A stretch of 64,000 nt of DNA, taken from an uncultured Lachnospiraceae bacterium (GTDB taxonomy: Bacteria; Bacillota; Clostridia; Oscillospirales; CAG-272). The stretch is taken from NCBI GenBank assembly GCA_964498965.1, contig CAZCJU010000003.1, positions 107 through 64,106 on the forward strand. The letters are read 5' to 3'. The notes under the pieces were generated by a model. It had not been told where the DNA came from, searched no databases, and was given only the letters and a program-made list of their open reading frames with translations. The stretch's first letter is position 1. Each line of letters begins with the position of its first letter. A program made the translations under genes and the position numbers. This document shows positions 27,289 through 35,956 of this stretch, piece after piece.

Positions 27289-28413
27289 TTAAAATACATA
27301 TGTCCACGTATTGCTGTACGCAACGGTGTTTATTTGATATTTTTCGATTATTTCCTCATTGATCTCTATCTCATCGAAGCATTGTGCCAAGCGTTTCTTA
27401 TACTTGTTTTCCCGAACAAGCTCTTCGAAATCGGAAAAATCCGATTCGTTTTCATCTCTTTCGTACGCACCCTCGTCAAGCTCCAGTCTTTGTATCAAAT
27501 GCAGACCGTAATCGGAGCGGAAAAGCATAAACGAACCTATGCTCGTCGATTTCACGTTTGTAAGTATATCGGGAAAATAGTCGCTTTCGTTCACGCTTGC
27601 CGTGCAGATATAGTGACCGTAGGGATAGCTTTCGTGTCCCAGCTCCTCCGTATACTCGTCGATAAGCTTGTCGAAATCCTCGCCTTTTTCCGCTCTTTCC
27701 TTGAGTTGCTTAGCAAGCTCGAACTTTTCTTCCCATCGTTCGTCCGAGATCTCCTCCCAGACCGCATATCCGTTCTCGTCGTATTGCAGCTTTCCGTTTT
27801 CGTCAAGCACGTAATCGACGTCCATGATGTACAAATGCTTGTACCGCACGTAATTTTCGTTATAATACGCCGTTCTGTCGCCGCTGTTCACCACATCGAT
27901 ACCGCTTTCGCCGTACAGATAGTCCTCGAGCATTTCGGACTTTGCATTCAGCAGGAATATTTCCGTCATGACCGAGCGGTCCACGCCGAGCTGTACCATA
28001 AGCGAATCCTGTTCGAACACGCTTTCCTCGCCCACTCCCAGCACCATGCCGTCTATCAGTGCTTCGACCTCTTTCTTTTTGGCATCCGTCACCTTTAAGC
28101 CGTATTCCTCGAAAAGATATGCGGCGGCAAGCTTGGATTTTATCGCCGTCAGCGTTACGTCCTGCAGATATTCCTTAACGGTCACGCCGTTGACCTCGCC
28201 GTTCCAAAATTCCTCCGTGTCGCCGTTTGAATAAAGGTTTATCCAGTACGGGCGGTAGCAAGACATGAAATAAGCGTACATCGATTCGCTCAATTTCACC
28301 TTTCCGGCTTTCATCGCCGGCTTTGCGGAGCAGGATGAGCAACATAGCAGTACTGCGGCAAGCAGGATACATACGACGGTTTTTATCGGTTTTCTTGTAT
28401 TTTTACTGTGCAT
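27289..28413 (-). CDS. PrsA/SurA-like lipoprotein with degenerate parvulin domain (paralog 2)
   Basis: Start taken at ATG 28413 (MHSKNTRKPIKTVVCILLAAVLLCCSSCS, lipobox-like). YKHLYIMD...EDFDKLIDEYTEE...SDYGLHLIQRLEL is homologous to the downstream paralog. Confidence 0.7.
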   Translation of the reverse strand: MHSKNTRKPIKTVVCILLAAVLLCCSSCSAKPAMKAGKVKLSESMYAYFMSCYRPYWINLYSNGDTEEFWNGEVNGVTVKEYLQDVTLTAIKSKLAAAYLFEEYGLKVTDAKKKEVEALIDGMVLGVGEESVFEQDSLMVQLGVDRSVMTEIFLLNAKSEMLEDYLYGESGIDVVNSGDRTAYYNENYVRYKHLYIMDVDYVLDENGKLQYDENGYAVWEEISDERWEEKFELAKQLKERAEKGEDFDKLIDEYTEELGHESYPYGHYICTASVNESDYFPDILTNVKSTSIGSFMLFRSDYGLHLIQRLELDEGAYERDENESDFSDFEELVRENKYKKRLAQCFDEIEINEEIIEKYQINTVAYSNTWTYVF

Positions 28414-28707
28414 TTTCGGTATCGACCTCGTCAAAAGTTCTTTTTCGCATAGTATTATACATTATTATTGCGTTTTTATCAACACTCCCTCGTCCTTTTT
28501 TTGTATAAATTTCTTGAACACATTCGTTTAATAACGATATTTTGCGGGCATGAGAATGATGCCGCATTATTACATACAAATGTTAAAATTATAATCTCAG
28601 AATGCTTGCGTTAATTTTTTGGGCAGTTCATCAAATGTTTATATATTTGTGGTATCATTGACGGTGTGTAACTATGTCACGAGATTTGAGTGTAAAAGGA
28701 ATACAAA

Positions 28708-29637
28708 ATGATCAAAATAGAACACCTTACGAAATATTATGCGGACAACCTTGCGGTAAACGACATAAGCTTTGAGGTAGGCGACGGCGAGGTCGTCGGC
28801 TTCCTCGGTCCGAACGGTGCGGGCAAATCCACGACTATGAATATGCTCACGGGCTATCTTTCATCGACCTCAGGCAGTTGCCGTATAGACGGACTTGACA
28901 TATTGCAAAACCCGAACGAAGCAAAAGCGAAGATCGGATTTTTGCCCGAGCAGGTACCCGTTTACCCGGATATGACACCGAGAGAGTATCTGAATTTCAT
29001 TTACGATCTGAAGCGTTGTACGCTTAACCGAAAGAAGCACATCGACGAAATAATCAAGGTGCTTTCGCTCGGCGATGTGTCCTCTCGGCTGATATCTCAG
29101 CTTTCAAAAGGCTACCGCCAGCGTGTCGGCATTGCGGGTGCGTTGGTATCGAATCCGAAGGTTCTCATTTTCGACGAGCCGACGATAGGACTCGATCCGA
29201 GGCAGATCATCGAAATACGTTCACTGATACGTATGCTCGGACGCGACCACACGGTGATACTTTCCACGCACATATTGCCGGAGGTAATGGCGGTATGCGA
29301 CCGAATAATCATCATAGACAAGGGCAGGATCAAAGCCGACAAAAAAACATCGGAAATAGGCGAGCTTGCCGATAACAGGAAGCGGTTCACGATAAAGGTC
29401 TGCGGAACACGCAACGAGATCCAAAATGTTCTCCGTTCCTGCGAGGGAGTGGCTCAGGTGGAGTTTATGAGTACCGCACGCGACGGCACGTCGCTGTTCA
29501 CCGTGCATTGCAAGCCCGGCTTCGACGCACGACGCAGCATTTTCGCCGCACTCGCACAACGCAATGCTCCCATAATGGAGCTTACGCCGATCGGTGCAAG
29601 CCTTGAGGACATATTCATAGCCCTCACATCGAAATAA
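28708..29637 (+). CDS. ABC transporter ATP-binding protein (ABC-2 / GldA-like)
   Basis: Walker A GPNGAGKSTT, signature LSKGYRQRV, Walker B LIFDEPT. Confidence 0.85.
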   Translation: MIKIEHLTKYYADNLAVNDISFEVGDGEVVGFLGPNGAGKSTTMNMLTGYLSSTSGSCRIDGLDILQNPNEAKAKIGFLPEQVPVYPDMTPREYLNFIYDLKRCTLNRKKHIDEIIKVLSLGDVSSRLISQLSKGYRQRVGIAGALVSNPKVLIFDEPTIGLDPRQIIEIRSLIRMLGRDHTVILSTHILPEVMAVCDRIIIIDKGRIKADKKTSEIGELADNRKRFTIKVCGTRNEIQNVLRSCEGVAQVEFMSTARDGTSLFTVHCKPGFDARRSIFAALAQRNAPIMELTPIGASLEDIFIALTSK

Positions 29638-29666
29638 ACCGCATTTTCAAACCGAAAGGATCAATT

Positions 29667-30374
29667 ATGTTTGCCATATATAAAAAAGAGTTGCGTACAT
29701 ATTTCACGACCTTTATAGGCTACGTGTTCATTGCCGCATTTCTTGTGATGTCAAGTGTTTTATTCATCATTTCGACGTTGTCGCAGGGAGCGGACGCCGA
29801 TATAACCTCGTACTACACGCTTGTGATACTTGCGTTTGTGGTGCTGATACCGCTTCTTACGATGAAGCTGTTTTCGGAAGAAAAGCGTCAAAAGACCGAG
29901 GTGCTTCTTTTGACCTCGCCCGTAAGCCTTTTCGGCATAGTTTTGGCAAAATATCTTGCGGCGTTCACCATGTTTGCCGCTACTCTTATCGCTTCGTGTG
30001 TGAATTTGATACCGTTATATATGTACGGTGAACAGAACACGGGCGTGATACTCGGAAATCTGTTTTCCGTATTGCTTATCGGAAGCGGCTTCATAGCTAT
30101 CGGCGTATTCATATCCTCGCTTACCGAAAACCAGCTTGTTTCGGCCGTTTGCACTATCGGTGCGATAATGCTTCTTCTTGCCGTGGGAATGCTGTCGACC
30201 TCTATAGGCTTTCAGCCGTTGAGGGAGGTATTGAATTTCTTCTCCATATTCAACAGATACACGTATTTCACATACGGCATAGTCGATTATTCGGCGTTGA
30301 TATATTATTTTTCGATAACTGTAATATTCCTGTTTCTGACCGTTCGTGTATTCGAGCGACGCAGATGGGCATGA
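29667..30374 (+). CDS. ABC-2 type permease (GldF-like)
   Basis: 235 aa, 6 predicted TM helices, immediately downstream of the ATPase. Confidence 0.75.
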   Translation: MFAIYKKELRTYFTTFIGYVFIAAFLVMSSVLFIISTLSQGADADITSYYTLVILAFVVLIPLLTMKLFSEEKRQKTEVLLLTSPVSLFGIVLAKYLAAFTMFAATLIASCVNLIPLYMYGEQNTGVILGNLFSVLLIGSGFIAIGVFISSLTENQLVSAVCTIGAIMLLLAVGMLSTSIGFQPLREVLNFFSIFNRYTYFTYGIVDYSALIYYFSITVIFLFLTVRVFERRRWA

Positions 30375-30393
30375 GCGGACGGGAGGAACGAAG

Positions 30394-31968
30394 ATGAAAA
30401 ACAACGGAAAAAAAGAAAAATTCTCCTTAAAAAGTGCGTTGGCGAGCAGAAGATTCAAATTCGGCTCACTCGCCGTAACGCTCACGGTATTTTTCGTGGC
30501 ACTCGTTATTTTGGCTAACGTCATAATCGGAAATCTGTTTTCGAAAAGCGGTGTATATTCGGACCTTACCGGTTCAAGTATTTACACTCTCTCGGACGAA
30601 GCGAAAGCATATCTCGACCGTCTTAATTGCGACATTACGATAAAATTCGCTCAGCCGACAGACACGATAGCTTCAAATGCGTATCAAACGATGATCTATC
30701 GCTGTGCCTCGGATTATGCGGAGGCAAGCAAGGCATACGAGCATAAAATAACGGTCGAAAGCTTTGATGCCATGCTCGAGCCGACGAAATTCGAGGAATA
30801 CAAGAAGTTGATCTCGGCGGACTGGGCGGACACGAACGTTATCGTCGAAAATGCCAACGGTCAGGCGATAGTTTACACGCAAAAAGCGTTTTTCTCCTCC
30901 GACAACAGCACGATCGTCGGCTTTTCGGGTGAAAGAAAATTCATGAACGCATTTTTACAGCTGGGCGGACTTGAGCGTTCCGTCGTATGTTTCACCGTCG
31001 GTCACGGTGAGGTAAGGGGAACGCAGGATTTCGACGCAAACGGCAACTACATCGGTTACACGCTCGAGGACGGAGCGAAATACGAGGAATTTTTCCGTAT
31101 GCTCGACGATTCCGGCTTTGAGCTTAGGTGGATAAACCTACTGAACGAGGACATTCCGGAGGAATGCAGACTTTTGATCATTCTCGACCCCAAGACGGAT
31201 TTTATCGGTAAGGAGCTTGACGACCTCGACAGCTTATCGGAGATCGACAAAGTAAAAGCGTATGCGGCGAACATAAACATGGGTTCCACCATGGTATTCA
31301 AAGGCTCGCTCGGCGTTGAATTTCCCGTTTTGGATCAATTCTTAGCCGAATACAGCATAGAGATAGATTCGACGAAAGTCATCAAGGAAAGCACTGAAAA
31401 CTCCATTTCGGCAGACGGAGCTTCTTTCACCGTTAAGTATACGACCTCCGGTCTCGGTTCGTCGATACAGCAGAATTACAGGAATCTCAGAACGAAATTC
31501 GTAAACGCCGCTCCCGTAACGGTACACGAGGACTACGACGAATACAAAACCATCTCGACATCGTCTATATTCACCACATCGTCCTCGGCAATGGTAGCCT
31601 CCGTTGACGAAAACGGCGAAAGCGGCTACGAGGTCGGTTCTTACGACCTTATGGCTATAGCCGAAAAGCGTCACGTTCAGGACAATTCGGAGATTACGGG
31701 CTATCTGCTTGCGTGCGGCTGTCCCGAAATGCTCGAATATGTCGGCTCGCAATCTTATGCGAACAGAGATATAATCAATACGCTTATTCAAAAATTGCCC
31801 TTGAAAAAGATGCCCGTTGACCTCGATTACAAAAAATTCGACGATTACGGTCTTTCCTCGATAACCTCGAACGCCGTAAGCGTATGGTCGGTGATTCTTG
31901 CCGGCGTTATGCCCGCATGCGTTCTGATCGTCGGTTGCATAGTCGTTATACGCAGAAAGAGAAGATAA
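30394..31968 (+). CDS. GldG-like ABC-transporter auxiliary protein (Gldg family)
   Basis: Trimmed to ATG 30394 after GGGAGGA. One TM at each end flanks a roughly 470-aa extracytoplasmic domain, the GldG architecture. Confidence 0.6.
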   Translation: MKNNGKKEKFSLKSALASRRFKFGSLAVTLTVFFVALVILANVIIGNLFSKSGVYSDLTGSSIYTLSDEAKAYLDRLNCDITIKFAQPTDTIASNAYQTMIYRCASDYAEASKAYEHKITVESFDAMLEPTKFEEYKKLISADWADTNVIVENANGQAIVYTQKAFFSSDNSTIVGFSGERKFMNAFLQLGGLERSVVCFTVGHGEVRGTQDFDANGNYIGYTLEDGAKYEEFFRMLDDSGFELRWINLLNEDIPEECRLLIILDPKTDFIGKELDDLDSLSEIDKVKAYAANINMGSTMVFKGSLGVEFPVLDQFLAEYSIEIDSTKVIKESTENSISADGASFTVKYTTSGLGSSIQQNYRNLRTKFVNAAPVTVHEDYDEYKTISTSSIFTTSSSAMVASVDENGESGYEVGSYDLMAIAEKRHVQDNSEITGYLLACGCPEMLEYVGSQSYANRDIINTLIQKLPLKKMPVDLDYKKFDDYGLSSITSNAVSVWSVILAGVMPACVLIVGCIVVIRRKRR

Positions 31969-33812
31969 TGAACGATAACGAAAACGAAAAAGACGTTCTT
32001 CCGTCCGATGACGGAAATGACAGAAATGACGGAAGCGACGAAAAAAATGCAGAGCTGAACGAGATCCTTTACGGCTCCGAATACAGCGAATATCTCGACG
32101 CACTCGGGAGCGAGGACGAGAATGACGACGGAGCTTTACCCGAAATGTCCACGTTTTCGCTCCCGTCCGACGACGAAAACGACAAGAACGGCGAAAAGAA
32201 AAAGAAGCCCGCCACCGTGCTGAAAAAGCAGACGAAGCTCATAATCGTTTTTTCCGTGATCTTCGTTGTTTTGCTTGCTCTCACGCTTGTTTTGGGACCT
32301 ACCGGATATGACGTTTTCGGCTTAAAAACGGAAGAAGAAACGCCCTCGATCCCGTTCGTGGACGGCGAGGTATCGCTTTCGGCGAGCGGAAAGCGGCTTT
32401 TATTCGAGCATATAGAACGCGAAAATCTTCAATCCGTCGAGGTACACAATTCTCACGGCACATACACGGCTTATTACAACAACATAAACGGCGATTTCTG
32501 TTTTCTCGGAGCGGAGGACGCATTATACGACGAAACGCTTTTCTCGTCGCTTGTCGTAAGCTCCGGTTACGTTGTCATGCAAGACAGGCTCGGTCACGAG
32601 GAAAGAAACCCGGATTACTCGGAATACGGTTTGGCGGAAACGGACGAGCGTGCTTACTATATTATAACAACACGTGACGGCAGAAGCTATAAGCTGTACA
32701 TCGGCAAATCGACGCTTGACGGTAGCGGCTATTACGCAATGGTTGACGGACGCGACGAGATATACGTTATCGGCTCGTCAATAGAATCGACGTTGCTTGC
32801 AGACGTGAAAACGCTGCTCACACCCATAATCACCTTTCCCATCGAGGGCAACGACTATTTGACCGAGATAAAGAAATTTTACATCAGCCGAAACAGCGAA
32901 GCATACATAGGAATTTCCTATGTGGGCGAAACAGACGACAAGGAATCCGCCGGCATAACCATCCCGTTTACGATATTCTATCCGAAATATTTTACGGCAT
33001 CTACCACGCAGGTGCAAACGCTCTTTTCCTCGGCGGTAAATCTTACCGGCGACGAGATACTCGAGGTCGGAATTTACGAGGAGGACGGCGTTGACGAAAA
33101 CGGCGACAAAAAATATAAGCTTCGTGACGGCTTGGCGGAAAAGTATTTCCTTGATGAGCCTGCCTACGATATGCTTTACTACTACACCGACAACAACTAC
33201 ATCAGCTTTGTGACATTTTCGCCGAAGCAACGTGACGAGGACGGCAACGAATTTTATTATGCTACCTCGCAAATATACGACACAATAGTAAAAATATCTG
33301 CCGACAAAGTAAAATTTCTCGAATGGGAGCTTGTGGACTATCTCGAGCGTTCCATATTCAATTATCACATCGACTACGTAAAAAGCATAGAGATAACGGG
33401 CAAGGACAAAAACTTCCTTTTCACGCTTACGGGAACGGGTGAGGCTCTTGAAGTCACCGAAAAGCATTCGGGAAAGATATTACGTTCATATCCCAAGGGC
33501 GAAAATCTCGATGCGGGAGATAACGTATACAATTTCAGGCAGTTTTACAAGACATCGCTTTCCGTCTACACCGAGGACAGCGTCGATGAAAGCACGATAG
33601 GCGAAAAAGCACTTCTGCTCACCGTTACGGTGACTTTGCGTAACGGCAAGTCCTCCGAATACAAGTTTTATTCGTACTCGGATCTGCGGTGTTACTACAC
33701 GATAAACGGAGAGGGAGAATTTTTCGTAAAGCGTTCTGCGGTCACGAAAATGGTAAGGGACGCACAAAAGGTCGTTGACGGAATAGCGGTCGATTCCGAA
33801 GCCGAGGTATAA
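31968..33812 (+). CDS. DUF4340-like single-pass membrane protein with acidic N-terminal tail
   Basis: Trimmed to ATG 31968 (ATAATG overlap with the upstream stop). About 105 aa of D/E/N-rich tail, then TM LIIVFSVIFVVLLALTLVLG, then a large extracytoplasmic domain. The usual partner of GldG-like genes (from memory). Confidence 0.55.
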   Translation: MNDNENEKDVLPSDDGNDRNDGSDEKNAELNEILYGSEYSEYLDALGSEDENDDGALPEMSTFSLPSDDENDKNGEKKKKPATVLKKQTKLIIVFSVIFVVLLALTLVLGPTGYDVFGLKTEEETPSIPFVDGEVSLSASGKRLLFEHIERENLQSVEVHNSHGTYTAYYNNINGDFCFLGAEDALYDETLFSSLVVSSGYVVMQDRLGHEERNPDYSEYGLAETDERAYYIITTRDGRSYKLYIGKSTLDGSGYYAMVDGRDEIYVIGSSIESTLLADVKTLLTPIITFPIEGNDYLTEIKKFYISRNSEAYIGISYVGETDDKESAGITIPFTIFYPKYFTASTTQVQTLFSSAVNLTGDEILEVGIYEEDGVDENGDKKYKLRDGLAEKYFLDEPAYDMLYYYTDNNYISFVTFSPKQRDEDGNEFYYATSQIYDTIVKISADKVKFLEWELVDYLERSIFNYHIDYVKSIEITGKDKNFLFTLTGTGEALEVTEKHSGKILRSYPKGENLDAGDNVYNFRQFYKTSLSVYTEDSVDESTIGEKALLLTVTVTLRNGKSSEYKFYSYSDLRCYYTINGEGEFFVKRSAVTKMVRDAQKVVDGIAVDSEAEV

Positions 33813-33814
33813 CA

Positions 33815-34486
33815 ATGGCAGTACTCGAATGTGACGGAGTATCTAAAGTATATAAGCAAGGCGAGGAAATCGTTTCCGCAGTCAAGGACTGCGACTTCAC
33901 CGTCGAAGAGGGCGAATTTACCGCAATAATCGGTTCGTCGGGTTCCGGCAAAAGCACGCTTTTGTCTATGCTCGGCGGGCTTACGCAGCCGTCGGGCGGA
34001 AAGGTATACATCAGAGGCTGTGACATTTACAATTTATCCTCCGAAGAGCTTGCCGTTTACAGGCGGCGACACATAGGCTTTATTTTTCAAAATTACAATT
34101 TGATTCCCGTTTTCACCGCACTCGAAAACATACTTATGCCCGTTTTGCTCGACGGACGCCGTGTAAACACGGAACACGTCAAGGAACTGCTCGACGTGCT
34201 TGGTATTGCCGACAGAATACACCATTTGCCGTCGGAGTTATCGGGCGGTCAGCAACAGCGTGTTGCCGTTGCACGTGCTTTAATAAATTATCCGTCGCTC
34301 GTGCTTGCCGATGAGCCTACGGGTAATCTCGACAAGGAAAGCACGCAGGAACTGATGAAACTGTTGCTCGAAACGAAAAAACTTCAAAATCAAACTCTTG
34401 TTATGGTAACGCATGACGACAATGTTGCCGCAATGGCGGACAAGATATACCGCATGGACGACGGTTGGCTCAAGCGCGTGACCTAA
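33815..34486 (+). CDS. ABC transporter ATP-binding protein, MacB/LolD/FtsE class (no cognate permease adjacent)
   Basis: Walker A GSSGSGKSTLLSML, signature LSGGQQQRVAVARAL, Walker B LVLADEPTGNLD. Starts 2 nt after the DUF4340-like stop. Confidence 0.85.
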   Translation: MAVLECDGVSKVYKQGEEIVSAVKDCDFTVEEGEFTAIIGSSGSGKSTLLSMLGGLTQPSGGKVYIRGCDIYNLSSEELAVYRRRHIGFIFQNYNLIPVFTALENILMPVLLDGRRVNTEHVKELLDVLGIADRIHHLPSELSGGQQQRVAVARALINYPSLVLADEPTGNLDKESTQELMKLLLETKKLQNQTLVMVTHDDNVAAMADKIYRMDDGWLKRVT

Positions 34487-34532
34487 AACGCAATGAAAGG
34501 TTTAAAATAATGAAAGGTTTAAAATACTGAAA

Positions 34533-35789
34533 ATGAATGTAAAGGAATATGTAAACGGTCTTTGCCGTGATGCAAAAGATGCCTCCTACGCACTTGCAAC
34601 CTCGTCAAGTACGGAGCGTAATGCGATCTTGATATCGATATCGAAAAAGCTGTGCGAGGAAGAAAATATCGCGAAGATCATCGAGGCAAATCGGCTGGAT
34701 CTCGAACACGCAAAAAACAACAATATAAGACCGACCATGATCGACCGCCTTACGCTTAGCCGCGAGCGGCTGACGAACATTGCCGCGTCCGCGTCCAAGC
34801 TCGCCGCACTTCCCGACGTTCTCGGGCAGGGCGAATGCTTCGTGCGACCGAATGGCTTGAAAATACGTCGTGTCGCCGTTCCGCTCGGCACAGTCGGCAT
34901 AATTTACGAGGCACGTCCGAACGTCACGGTCGATGCGGCGGGAATATGTATAAAAACGGGCAATTGTGCGGTGCTGAGGGGCGGAAAGGAAGCGATAAAT
35001 TCAAACAAAGCGTTCATTTCCGTAATTCATTCGGCATTGACGGAATGCGGATTTGACCCGCACTGTATCGCACTTATCGAGGACACGAGCCGAGAATCGA
35101 GCTACGCTTTAATGGAAGCGGTCGGACTGATCGATGTGCTTATCCCCCGAGGCAGCAAGAGCTTGATAAATTCGGTATGTCAAAACGCACGTGTTCCCGT
35201 TATCGAAACGGGTGCGGGAAATTGCCACATTTATGTGGAAAAAACGGCCGATATCGACACGGCGGTGAAAGTAACGCTCAACGCCAAGCTTTCGCGTCCC
35301 TCCGTTTGCAATGCGGCGGAATCGTTGCTCGTGGACAGAGCGATAGCGGGCAAATTTTTGCCGAGGCTCTATTCCGCTTCAAGAGAAAAAGAGTTGATTT
35401 TCAGAGGCAACGAAGAGGTAAAAGCGATACTTCCGCAAGCCGAAGATGCTTGCGAGGAGGACTATTATGCAGAATACTACGATTATATAATATCCGTCAA
35501 GCTTGTAGACGGTGTCAAAGAAGCGGTTGAAAACGTAAACAAGTATTCCACTCACCACAGCGAAGCGGTTTTGACAAGCGATCTGTCCGTTGCCGATTAC
35601 TTCACATCGCATGTTGACAGTGCGGCGGTTTATGTAAACGCTTCGACACGCTTTACCGACGGCGAAGAATTCGGCTTCGGTGCGGAGATCGGCATATCTA
35701 CGCAAAAGCTTCATGCCAGAGGACCTATGGGACCCGAACAGCTTACAATATATAAGTATATCATAGAGGGCAACGGTCAGATACGATAG
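34533..35789 (+). CDS. proA: Glutamate-5-semialdehyde dehydrogenase
   Basis: 418 aa of the aldehyde dehydrogenase family, with the ProA-typical VIPRGS.SLI and CNAAESLLV (catalytic Cys) segments. Confidence 0.9.
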   Translation: MNVKEYVNGLCRDAKDASYALATSSSTERNAILISISKKLCEEENIAKIIEANRLDLEHAKNNNIRPTMIDRLTLSRERLTNIAASASKLAALPDVLGQGECFVRPNGLKIRRVAVPLGTVGIIYEARPNVTVDAAGICIKTGNCAVLRGGKEAINSNKAFISVIHSALTECGFDPHCIALIEDTSRESSYALMEAVGLIDVLIPRGSKSLINSVCQNARVPVIETGAGNCHIYVEKTADIDTAVKVTLNAKLSRPSVCNAAESLLVDRAIAGKFLPRLYSASREKELIFRGNEEVKAILPQAEDACEEDYYAEYYDYIISVKLVDGVKEAVENVNKYSTHHSEAVLTSDLSVADYFTSHVDSAAVYVNASTRFTDGEEFGFGAEIGISTQKLHARGPMGPEQLTIYKYIIEGNGQIR

Positions 35790-35825
35790 ACTGATCATCG
35801 AACAAAGCATAATTTCAAATAACAA

Positions 35826-35860
35826 GACGGACGAATCGATTGATTCGTCCGTTTATTTTT
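35826..35860 (+). terminator. Rho-independent terminator after proA
   Basis: GACGGACGAATC-gatt-GATTCGTCCGT followed by TTATTTTT. Confidence 0.8.
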
Positions 35861-35867
35861 ATATAGC

Positions 35868-35916
35868 GGAATAACGCCCTAATCCGGCAATCCGCACAAA
35901 CCAACTCAGTGAGTAC
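35868..35916. repeat. Partial copy C of the modular intergenic repeat (modules in swapped order)
   Basis: GGAATAACGCCCTAATCCG (M2-like, 35868-35886) followed by GCACAAACCAACTCAGTGAGTAC (M1-like, 35894-35916). Confidence 0.6.
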
Positions 35917-35956
35917 TATACGATATCGCTTTATGAAAGACTTACAAATAGGCGTT

